Positions 1 to 7,829 of a stretch of DNA of 64,000 bases are shown in pieces. The stretch comes from Vicinamibacteria bacterium (GTDB lineage Bacteria > Acidobacteriota > Vicinamibacteria > Marinacidobacterales > Marinacidobacteraceae), in assembly GCA_965199715.1 (NCBI GenBank), contig OZ241322.1, forward strand, positions 1,280,001-1,344,000, read 5' to 3'. A model generated the notes under the pieces. That model was not told the DNA's origin and did no database searches. It saw only the letters and a list, made by a program, of their open reading frames with translations. Made by a program: the position numbers and the translations under genes. Within the stretch, counting starts at the first letter, position 1, and every line of letters starts with the position of its first letter.

Positions 1-2522
1 TAACTGCCCGCGAAGTTCACGACCCACGGCACGTCGGTGAACACGGCCCCGTCTTCGCGGTTCGTGAAGATGTTGGGGTTGTTCCAGTCGTTGCCGTCGT
101 ACGGAGTGTTGTGGTGGACGCCCCGGTGGCTCGAGAAGGTCGCGCCGCCGAGCATCTGCCAGCGGTTGGAAAACCGCTTCTGGAGCTCGAACGCCACGCC
201 GTTGTAGGTGCTCTGGAGCCGGTCGATGCTGGTGATGACCCGATCCTGCGTGCCGCGGAACTCGTCCTTCAGCACGTAGACCCCGTAGGTCGGCTGCGGC
301 GAGTTCGCCGGCGCGTCCATGGTCACGAGATCGTAGGCGGAAGCCGGACGGGCCTGGTTGAGCACGCCCAGCGCGTTCCGGTGGATGCGCCGGTGGTAGG
401 TGGCGCTGAACGAGACGTCCTGCATGAGCGTCATGTCCACGCCGATCGAGGCGTCGTCGCTGTAGGGGCGGTTCGAGTTGCGGTCATAGACCGTGGAGGA
501 GCCGCCGGTGAACCCCTCGAAGGCGCTCAGGTCCACCTCGGGGCTGTCCGCGACGGTGCCCGAAGGACCGACGTCCACAAGCTTGTCGCCGTCGATGTCG
601 TTCCAGCCGACCCAAGCGCTGGAGCCGCCGTTCGGGTTCGCGCCCGCCGAGAGCTGCGTCCCGATCTGCGAGTAGTACCGGCCCCAGCCGGCCTTCAGCG
701 CGGCCCGTCCGTCGCCGAACAGGTCGTACGCGGCGCTCAGGCGCGGGCCGATGTTCATGGGCCAGTCGGGCACGCCGGTGATTTCCTGCGACACGGTGAA
801 CGGGTCCACGCCGCCGCTGAGCTGGCGGGAGAGCTCCGCCCAGACGCCGTCCGGGCTCCTCTGCGCCGGGACGTATCCGTAGATGCCGTCGAGCCGAACG
901 CCGAGGTTCAGGGTCAGGCGGTTCCCGATCGTCCAGGCGTCCTGCGCGTAGGCCGCCCAAGTGTTCGTCCGTTCGATCTGCGACGTCGGAGTGTTCGCGA
1001 TGTTGATCCGGCTCGGCACTCCGTCGTTCAGCTCGCCGTAGGTGTCGCCGCTCTTGAAGATGTCCCGGTCCATGCCCTCGCGGGAGGCCTGGGCGCCGAC
1101 CTTGAAGTTGTGCGAACCGCTGGCGGTGTCGAGGAAGTAGGTCAGCGAACTGTTGAACTGGTTCCGGAAGTTCGGGTTCCAGTACTCGCCGCGCCGGTCG
1201 GCGTTGAACTGCTCCCTGCGGACCGGGTCCACGACCGAGATGTCGTTCTCGGTGCAGGGGCCGGCGTCCGGATACTGATCGACGGGGACGCCGCAGTAGT
1301 CGGTGTAGAGAATGTAGGGAGTCGTTCCCGCCATCCGTCCGACGCGCACGTCGAGGATGGCCGCGTCGCCGAGCACCCGGTTGTAGCTGCCGATGAAGTT
1401 GTCGGCCCACTGGTCCTGGAAGCGGGCCAGGTTGTCCGGGACGGCGGTGTACGGCGAGTCGCGGCGGTGGAAGCGCTGCTTCCAGTTCCGCTGCGCGGTG
1501 AAGGAGATGCGGTCGTTGTCGCTCGCCTGCCAGGTGATCTTGCCCATCAGGTTGCGGATCCGGTTGTCGTCGAGCGGAACCTCGCCCTCGAAGTCATCCG
1601 GAGTGCCGATGTACTGGTCATGGATCCAGTGCCGGTAGGCGCCGAAGAACCACGCCTGGTCGCGCACGATCGGACCGCCGAGGGTGCCGTTCGCGTCGAG
1701 CGCGAACTTGATCGGGTTGGCGCCCTGCTCCTCGGCGTCGCCCTGGAGCGATTCGTTCGTGTAGAACGCCACCGCGTCGCCGCTGAACTCGTTGCCGCCG
1801 GACTTCGTGACCATGTTCATGTACACGCCGGCCACGTCCGACTCGGCGGAGTGCGTCGAGGTCTGGAAGTTGAACTCCTCGTACATGCTGAACCCGTAGT
1901 ACTGCATGGTGAATCCACCGGAACCGCCCGGCCAGTTCACCTTGAGCCCGTCCACGAGGAAGCTCTGCTGCGAGGTGGACGACCCGAAGATCTCCATCCC
2001 GTACTGCTGCATGCCGTTGCTGCCGCCCACGTCGAGGCGCCCGGTCACCATGCCCGGCACCATGCCGGCCATGACCCACGGGTTGCGGCCCGTCGGCACT
2101 GCTTCGAGGAGCTCCCGCTCGATGTTGGTCGAGACGGTCGCGCTGCGGACGTCCACCACCGGAGCGTCGCCGGTGACGGTGACGGTCTCCTCGACTCCCG
2201 AGATCCCGAGAGCGACGTCGAGGGTGACGTTGCCGGCCACCCGGACGTTGACGCCCTCCTGGATGACCGTCTGGAAACCGGACAGCGAGAACGTGACGGA
2301 ATACTCGCCCGGCGGCAGCGCCGGAAGGCTGAACCCGCCGCCCGCGCCGGTCACCGCCGTGCGGGGGCCGATCAGCGCCGGACTCTCGAGCGTCACCGAG
2401 ACGCCCGGAAGGACGGCTCCCTGCTCGTCCGACACCGATCCGGTGATCGTGCCGGTCTGCTGGGCGAGAGCGGAGCCGCCAAGAAACGCGAGAGCTGCGA
2501 ACAGCGCTGCGACTTTGCGCAT
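1..2522 (-). CDS. TonB-dependent receptor, Oar-like, with N-terminal carboxypeptidase-regulatory-like domain (3' end runs off the window)
   Basis: Minus-strand translation MRKVAALFAALAFLGGSALAQQTGTITGSVSDEQGAVLPGVSVTLESPAL...LPPGEYSVTFSLSGF...EETVTVTGDAPVVD...NMVTKSGGNEFSG...GGPIVRDQAWFFGAY. It has a signal peptide and a GAGGAGG RBS upstream of the ATG at 2522. Absent from the ORF track because there is no stop codon in the window. Confidence 0.9.
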   Translation of the reverse strand, partial: MRKVAALFAALAFLGGSALAQQTGTITGSVSDEQGAVLPGVSVTLESPALIGPRTAVTGAGGGFSLPALPPGEYSVTFSLSGFQTVIQEGVNVRVAGNVTLDVALGISGVEETVTVTGDAPVVDVRSATVSTNIERELLEAVPTGRNPWVMAGMVPGMVTGRLDVGGSNGMQQYGMEIFGSSTSQQSFLVDGLKVNWPGGSGGFTMQYYGFSMYEEFNFQTSTHSAESDVAGVYMNMVTKSGGNEFSGDAVAFYTNESLQGDAEEQGANPIKFALDANGTLGGPIVRDQAWFFGAYRHWIHDQYIGTPDDFEGEVPLDDNRIRNLMGKITWQASDNDRISFTAQRNWKQRFHRRDSPYTAVPDNLARFQDQWADNFIGSYNRVLGDAAILDVRVGRMAGTTPYILYTDYCGVPVDQYPDAGPCTENDISVVDPVRREQFNADRRGEYWNPNFRNQFNSSLTYFLDTASGSHNFKVGAQASREGMDRDIFKSGDTYGELNDGVPSRINIANTPTSQIERTNTWAAYAQDAWTIGNRLTLNLGVRLDGIYGYVPAQRSPDGVWAELSRQLSGGVDPFTVSQEITGVPDWPMNIGPRLSAAYDLFGDGRAALKAGWGRYYSQIGTQLSAGANPNGGSSAWVGWNDIDGDKLVDVGPSGTVADSPEVDLSAFEGFTGGSSTVYDRNSNRPYSDDASIGVDMTLMQDVSFSATYHRRIHRNALGVLNQARPASAYDLVTMDAPANSPQPTYGVYVLKDEFRGTQDRVITSIDRLQSTYNGVAFELQKRFSNRWQMLGGATFSSHRGVHHNTPYDGNDWNNPNIFTNREDGAVFTDVPWVVNFAGS

Positions 2523-2635
2523 GAAAACCTCCTCACGAGGCATGTGTTTTTCTGACGACCGTGCGCGAAGAGAACCCCACCGCCCCGTGCTGGCGGGTCG
2601 CCGACGCATGACCATAGGTAACGGGGGATGATACC

Positions 2636-2649
2636 GCAACGAGCGTGCC
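2636..2649 (-). promoter_or_regulatory. Putative sigma-54 (-24/-12) promoter for the TonB-dependent receptor
   Basis: Minus strand GGCACG-CTCG-TTGC matches the TGGCACG-N4-TTGC consensus with correct GG/GC spacing, about 115 nt upstream of the start. Confidence 0.5.
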
Positions 2650-2759
2650 CGGCGGGGCGCCTTGGCCCCGCTGCGCGCCTGTCTTTCAAGTGAATCCATT
2701 TCATGGGCTTGCATAATCGCTCCCGCCGACGCCGGGCGACCGGTGCAGCTTCCCGGAGA

Positions 2760-3839
2760 ATGAGTCCAAGATTCCGTGCCGCGTTCCTCGCGCTGACGCT
2801 CCTCGCGGCGCAGCCGGCGCCGGTGGCGGAGCTGGTCCACGCCTTCCGGGACGATCCCGGCTCCGCCGAGGCGAACCGGCGCCTGTGGGACCTCGTCCGA
2901 ACGGCCCCGCCCGATCTCGCGGACGCGGTGGCCGAAGCGATGGACGAGCTCGGCCCCGACGGTCCGGTCGCGGCCGGCGCGCTGCTGCGGCGGGCGCTCC
3001 GGCCGCTCGAGGCGCTCGAGGCGTTCGACCGCGCTCCGGGGCGCCCGCGAGCCGGGATCGAGGCCGGATGGACGCTCGCGGAGCTCCGGCTGGACGAACG
3101 CGCGCTCGAACGGTTCCGGGACGCGCCCGGTCCGGCGGCGCGTTACGGCGCGGCGTTCGTCCTCGCCCGGCTGGGCCGCTCGGGCGAGGCGCTCGAGGAG
3201 CTTCGGGGCGCCGATCCGGCGAATCCCGCGGTCGCGCTGTTGCGCGCCGAGCTGCTCGACAGCGCCGGCCGGGAGGCGGAGGCCGTGGAGCTGCTCCGGC
3301 GGAGCCGCGCCGGAGGCCTCGGGGCGCTGCGGCTCGCCCGGCTCCTGACCCGGCAGGGAAATCACGCCGAGGCCGCCGGGATTCTCGAATCGCTCGTGGA
3401 CGCGGCGCCCGAACACGGCGAGGCGTGGCTCGCGCTCGCCCGGGTGCGCGAGGGCGCCGGTGCGGTCGAGGCGTTCGAGCGGGCGCTCGCGCATCGGCCC
3501 GACCTGAACGAGGCGCGGCTCGGGCTCGGACGCCTCCTCGCCCGGCGCGGCGAGCGGGAGGAGGCCGACCGGCTGCTCGACGAGTTCGAACGGCGGAAGG
3601 GCGTCGCCGACGAGTCGGCGCGCCTTCTCGGCGAGGCCGAGCTTCGCCCCGACGACGCGGCCGCGTGGTCCGCGTTCGTCGTCCACGCGCTCAAGACCGA
3701 CAATCCGGGGCTCGCGCTGCGGGCGGCGCAGCGGGCGCTCGCGCTCGAGCCGGAGGACCCGGACCGCCGCCGGTCGCTGGCGCGGGTCTGGCGGGAGCTC
3801 GGGCGCCCCGAGGAGGCGGAACGAGTGCTCGCGCGCTGA
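2760..3839 (+). CDS. Tetratricopeptide-repeat protein with signal peptide
   Basis: MSPRFRAAFLALTLLAAQ signal-like N-terminus and repeated TPR-like helices (PEHGEAWLALARV, PDLNEARLGLGRLL, PEDPDRRRSLARVW). Confidence 0.75.
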   Translation: MSPRFRAAFLALTLLAAQPAPVAELVHAFRDDPGSAEANRRLWDLVRTAPPDLADAVAEAMDELGPDGPVAAGALLRRALRPLEALEAFDRAPGRPRAGIEAGWTLAELRLDERALERFRDAPGPAARYGAAFVLARLGRSGEALEELRGADPANPAVALLRAELLDSAGREAEAVELLRRSRAGGLGALRLARLLTRQGNHAEAAGILESLVDAAPEHGEAWLALARVREGAGAVEAFERALAHRPDLNEARLGLGRLLARRGEREEADRLLDEFERRKGVADESARLLGEAELRPDDAAAWSAFVVHALKTDNPGLALRAAQRALALEPEDPDRRRSLARVWRELGRPEEAERVLAR

Positions 3840-3840
3840 G

Positions 3841-5205
3841 CTATCCGAGGGCCTGCTTCGCCGCCTCGATCTGGGCGCGGACGGCGAGCGGCGCGGTTCC
3901 GCCCCGCGACGCGCGGCGCGCGGCGGAGCGGGCGTAGTCCCAGACTTCGGCCACGTCCGGCCCGAAGGCGTCCGAGAAGCCGCGCAGCGTCGGGAGGTCG
4001 AGGTCCGGCGGCGCGATTCCCGACGCCTCGGAGTGGGCGAAGACTTCGCCGGCGACCCGGTGCGCGTCCCGGAAGGGCACGCCGCGCTCGACGAGGTACT
4101 CGGCGAGGTCGGTGGCCAGCAGATCCCACGAGAGCGCCGCACGCATCCGGTCGGGCCTGACCTTCAGCGTGCGGATCGCGCCGGCGGCCACCGGGAGCGC
4201 GAGGAGCAGCGTGTCCAGCGTGTCGAAGCAGGGTTCCTTGTCCTCCTGCAGGTCGCGCTGGTAGCCGCCCGCGAGGCCCTTCCCCACGGTCAGGAGCGCG
4301 ACGAGGTTGCCGGTGAGCCGCCCCGACTTGCCGCGGATCAGCTCGAAGCCGTCCGGATTGCGCTTTTGCGGCATGAGGCTGGATCCGGTGGACCAGGCGT
4401 CGTCGAGCCGCACGAACCCGAACTCGGCGGAGGACCAGAGCACCAGATCCTCGGCGAGGCGCGAGAGATGCACCCCGAGGATCGCGCCGGCGGCGAGGAA
4501 CTCCATCGCATAGTCGCGGGTTCCCACCGCGTCCACGCTGTTCTCGAGCACGTCGGGGAAGCCGAGCTCGCCCGCGATCGCGACCCGGTTCACCGGGTAC
4601 GGATTGCCGGCGAGCGCGCCCGCGCCCATCGGCGAGACCGCGGCCCGCGCGGCCGCTGCCACGAGGCGGTCGCGATCCCGGGTCAGCGGCCAGAAGTGGG
4701 CGAGCAGCAGGTGCCCGAAGACCACCGGCTGCGCGCGCTGGAGATGCGTGTAGCCGGGAACCAGCGTGGCGTGGGTCTCCTCGGCGCGGACGAGGAGCGC
4801 CTCCCGCAGGCCGTCGAGCGATTCGAGGAGCGATTCGACCGCGTCGGCGAGGTGGAGCCGGAATCCCGTCTGCGAGAGGTCGTTCCGGCTGCGCCCGGTG
4901 GGGAGCTTGCGCGCCAGCTCGCCGATCTCCTCGAGAAGCAGGCGCTCGACGGCGGTGTGGACGTCCTCGTCGGCGAGCTCGAGCGGCCGGTCGGCGGCGA
5001 GCCGCTCGCCCACCCGGTCGAGGCCGGCGAGCATGCGCTCGAGCTCGTTGTCCGACAACACCGAGACGTCGGCGAGCGCCCGCGCGTAGGCGCGGTTCAC
5101 GCGGATCTCCTCGGCGTGCAGGCGGCGGTCGAACCCGATCGAGACCCCGAGCCGGTCGAGGGCGTCCGCGGGAGGCGCGGCGAAGCGCCCGCCCCAGAGC
5201 TTCAC
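3841..5205 (-). CDS. argH: Argininosuccinate lyase
   Basis: KLWGGRF N-terminus, GRSRND, PGYTHLQRAQP and the GSSLMPQKRNPD signature. The GTG start overlaps the argG stop. Confidence 0.97.
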   Translation of the reverse strand: MKLWGGRFAAPPADALDRLGVSIGFDRRLHAEEIRVNRAYARALADVSVLSDNELERMLAGLDRVGERLAADRPLELADEDVHTAVERLLLEEIGELARKLPTGRSRNDLSQTGFRLHLADAVESLLESLDGLREALLVRAEETHATLVPGYTHLQRAQPVVFGHLLLAHFWPLTRDRDRLVAAAARAAVSPMGAGALAGNPYPVNRVAIAGELGFPDVLENSVDAVGTRDYAMEFLAAGAILGVHLSRLAEDLVLWSSAEFGFVRLDDAWSTGSSLMPQKRNPDGFELIRGKSGRLTGNLVALLTVGKGLAGGYQRDLQEDKEPCFDTLDTLLLALPVAAGAIRTLKVRPDRMRAALSWDLLATDLAEYLVERGVPFRDAHRVAGEVFAHSEASGIAPPDLDLPTLRGFSDAFGPDVAEVWDYARSAARRASRGGTAPLAVRAQIEAAKQALG

Positions 5206-6407
5206 GAGCCGTCCGGCGGCCGCGAGAGCGCGCGGATCCGCTCGGGCAGGCCGAACAACCGGATGAACCCCTCGGCGTCGGCCTGGCGGTACACCTCGTC
5301 TTCGCCGAACGTGGCGAAGTCCTCGCGGTACAGCGTCTTCGGGCTGCGGCGGCCAGTGGCGCGGGCGACGCCCCGAAAGAGCTCCACCCGCGCGTCGCCG
5401 GTGGTGTTCCGGTGCGCCTCGGCGAAAAACGCGTCGAGCGCCTCGCGCAGCGCCGAGAACCACTTGCCGTCATAGACCAGCTCGGCGTAGCGCAGCGCCG
5501 CCGAAGCGGCGAAGTGGGACGTGGCCCGGTCGAGGGTGATGCTCTGAAGCGCCGCTCGCGCCTCGTGGAGGATGGTTCCGCCGGGAGTCTCGTACACGCC
5601 GCGCGACTTCATGCCGACGAGGCGGTTCTCGACGATATCCACCCGCCCGACGCCGTGCCGGGCGCCGGCCTCGTTGAGGCGCTCGAGCAGCGCCGCCGGA
5701 GACAGGCGCTCGCCGTCCACCGAGACCGGAATCCCGGCCTCGAAGCCGACGACGACCGACTCCGCCTCCGGCTCGACCCGGTCCTGGTTGCGGGTGATCC
5801 GGTAGAGGCTGTCGGGCGGCGCGTTCCACGGATCCTCGAGATCCTCGCCCTCGTGGCTGAGGTGGAAGAGGTTCTGGTCGCGGCTGTAGAGGTCGCCCGT
5901 CTTCTGCTCCACCGGGACGCCGTGCTTGTGCGCGTATGCGAGGGCGTCCTCCCGCGAGCGGACGCCCCACATCCGCCACGGCGCGATGACCTCGAGGTCG
6001 GGAGCGAGCGCCGCGAACGCCAGCTCGAACCGGACCTGGTCGTTCCCCTTCCCGGTGCAGCCGTGGGCGACCGCGTCGGCCCCCTCGCGCCGCGCGATCT
6101 CCACCTGCCGCTTCGCGATGACCGGGCGGGCGAGCGACGTCCCGAGGAGATAGACGCCCTCATAGACGGCTCCGGCGCGGACCGCCGGATAGACGTAGTC
6201 GCGGACAAACTCGTCGCGGATGTCCTCCACGAAGACCGCCGACGCGCCCGACGCGATGGCCTTCGTGGAGGCGGCTTGCAGGTCTTCGTTCTGGCCGACG
6301 TCGGCGATGACGGCGAGGACTTCGGCGTCGTAGCGCTCCTTCAGCCAGGGGATGGCGCAGGACGTGTCCAGACCGCCGGAATACGCAAGGGCGATGCGGT
6401 GGGGCAT
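5202..6407 (-). CDS. argG: Argininosuccinate synthase
   Basis: LAYSGGLDTS, HGCTGKGNDQVRFE and ENRLVGMKSRGVYETPGG motifs. Confidence 0.98.
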   Translation of the reverse strand: MPHRIALAYSGGLDTSCAIPWLKERYDAEVLAVIADVGQNEDLQAASTKAIASGASAVFVEDIRDEFVRDYVYPAVRAGAVYEGVYLLGTSLARPVIAKRQVEIARREGADAVAHGCTGKGNDQVRFELAFAALAPDLEVIAPWRMWGVRSREDALAYAHKHGVPVEQKTGDLYSRDQNLFHLSHEGEDLEDPWNAPPDSLYRITRNQDRVEPEAESVVVGFEAGIPVSVDGERLSPAALLERLNEAGARHGVGRVDIVENRLVGMKSRGVYETPGGTILHEARAALQSITLDRATSHFAASAALRYAELVYDGKWFSALREALDAFFAEAHRNTTGDARVELFRGVARATGRRSPKTLYREDFATFGEDEVYRQADAEGFIRLFGLPERIRALSRPPDGS

Positions 6408-6430
6408 GGAGCGCGGAGAATAGCCGCCCC

Positions 6431-7168
6431 GTGCCCCTGGATTCCGAGCGCCCCGACGACGAGGCGGAGGACTTCCCCGAGTACGCGATGCTCCCCGAAA
6501 CCGGGGAGGAGCGCTTCCAGGATCCGATCTACGGGCGCCGCGTGATCGGGACCCTCCTGTCGCGAAAGCCCCGCGCCGGAGCGAGGGCCGCGGTCGGGTG
6601 GACGCTCGGGATCCTGCTCGGCGTGAGCCTTCTCTACTGGCACGGCCCGGCGGAGGTCGCGGCGCTGCTTCCGGCGAGCGGCGAGACGGTGCTGGAGCGG
6701 GGGGAGACCTGGCGCTTGCTGACGGCGCTGGGGGCGCACGCGGACTTCCTGCACTTCCTTTCCAACTCGGTGTTCCTGACGTGGCTCGTGTACGTGTCCT
6801 ACGGGGCGTTCGGCCCGAGCCTGTATCCGCTCGCCGTGGTTCCGGTCTCGGCGCTCGCGATGGCGATCACCATCGAGGGGTACGCCCCGGGGATCCGGCT
6901 CGTGGGCGCGTCGGGGATGGTGTACGCGCTCGCCGGAGCGTGGCTGACGCTGTTCGCGCTGGTGGAGCGACGGCTCGGCGTGGTCCAGCGGTTGATCCGG
7001 GCGGTCGGCTTCTTCTTGGTCGTGCTGGTGCCGACCTCGATCCGGCCCGAGGTGAGCTACCGCGCCCACGCGATCGGGTTCTTCCTCGGCGTCTGCCTCG
7101 CGCTTGCGTACTTCCTCGCCCGCCGGGACGCGATCCGCGGGGCGGAGCGTTGGGAGTGGGACTCCTGA
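6431..7168 (+). CDS. Rhomboid-family intramembrane serine protease
   Basis: WRLLTA, HADFLHFLSN, catalytic GASG and AHAIGF motifs, with multiple TM segments. Confidence 0.9.
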   Translation: MPLDSERPDDEAEDFPEYAMLPETGEERFQDPIYGRRVIGTLLSRKPRAGARAAVGWTLGILLGVSLLYWHGPAEVAALLPASGETVLERGETWRLLTALGAHADFLHFLSNSVFLTWLVYVSYGAFGPSLYPLAVVPVSALAMAITIEGYAPGIRLVGASGMVYALAGAWLTLFALVERRLGVVQRLIRAVGFFLVVLVPTSIRPEVSYRAHAIGFFLGVCLALAYFLARRDAIRGAERWEWDS

Positions 7169-7175
7169 GCGGCGT

Positions 7176-7829
7176 TCAGCCGGCCGCGATCCGGTTCAGC
7201 ACCGCAACCCGCTCGGACACCTTCCCGAAGAGGCGCGCGAGCCCCGCCCGGGCCACCCGCGTGTCGCGGAACGCGTCGGCCTGCTGGACCGCCGGGAGGA
7301 GGCCGCCGCCCGACGGCGCCGGCGCGAGCAGCGCCTCCAGCTCGGCGAGGCTCATGGAGCCCTCTCCGGCCGCCGCCCACGCGGTCTCGATGTGGGCCCG
7401 GACCCGGTCGGGGCTCCGGCCGCGGAAATGCAGCAGCGCGAGCGGATCGTCGGCGAAGCTGGCGGCGACGGCGCGGACCGCGGTGGCGGCCCCTTCCTCG
7501 TCGGCGGCCCGGGTCTCGACCGAGCGCGCCGGAGGCGCGAGGCGCACGCCTCGGGCCGCGAGCAGTTGCCGCCCGTCCCGGGGCAGGTAGCCGGCGAGAA
7601 GCGCCGCCGGGAGGAGCGCCTGCTCCTCGAGCAGGCGATAGAACGCGTCCCACTGGTCGTCCCGAAGCGCCGGCGCGCGCACCGTGGCGCGGGTCCGGCG
7701 GAAACCGCGACCCTCCACGTGGACCTCGGCGAGCCCCGGCTGGATCGTCACCGCGCCCCGCGAAGAACCGCCGGGGAGGGTGCGGGCCGCGCGCAGGAAG
7801 TCGTCCGCCCACCAGGGGAGGTCCGTCAT
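7176..7829 (-). CDS. SWIM-family-like partner of the SNF2 helicase, lacking the Cys/His zinc ligands
   Basis: MTDLPWWADDFL...VTIQPGLAEVHVEG...LPAALLAGYLP...FADDPLALLHFRG resembles the SWIM proteins that follow SNF2 genes. Its ATG overlaps the SNF2 stop (ATGA). Confidence 0.7.
   Translation of the reverse strand: MTDLPWWADDFLRAARTLPGGSSRGAVTIQPGLAEVHVEGRGFRRTRATVRAPALRDDQWDAFYRLLEEQALLPAALLAGYLPRDGRQLLAARGVRLAPPARSVETRAADEEGAATAVRAVAASFADDPLALLHFRGRSPDRVRAHIETAWAAAGEGSMSLAELEALLAPAPSGGGLLPAVQQADAFRDTRVARAGLARLFGKVSERVAVLNRIAAG

Noticed and set aside
111-2555. 814-aa plus-strand ORF and other very long antisense or alternate-frame ORFs (e.g. 7841-12103, 11710-15513, 20088-22355, 28498-31155)
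   Set aside because: These are shadow ORFs typical of high-GC DNA. They have no motifs, are Arg/Pro/Gly/Ala-rich, and overlap well-supported genes.
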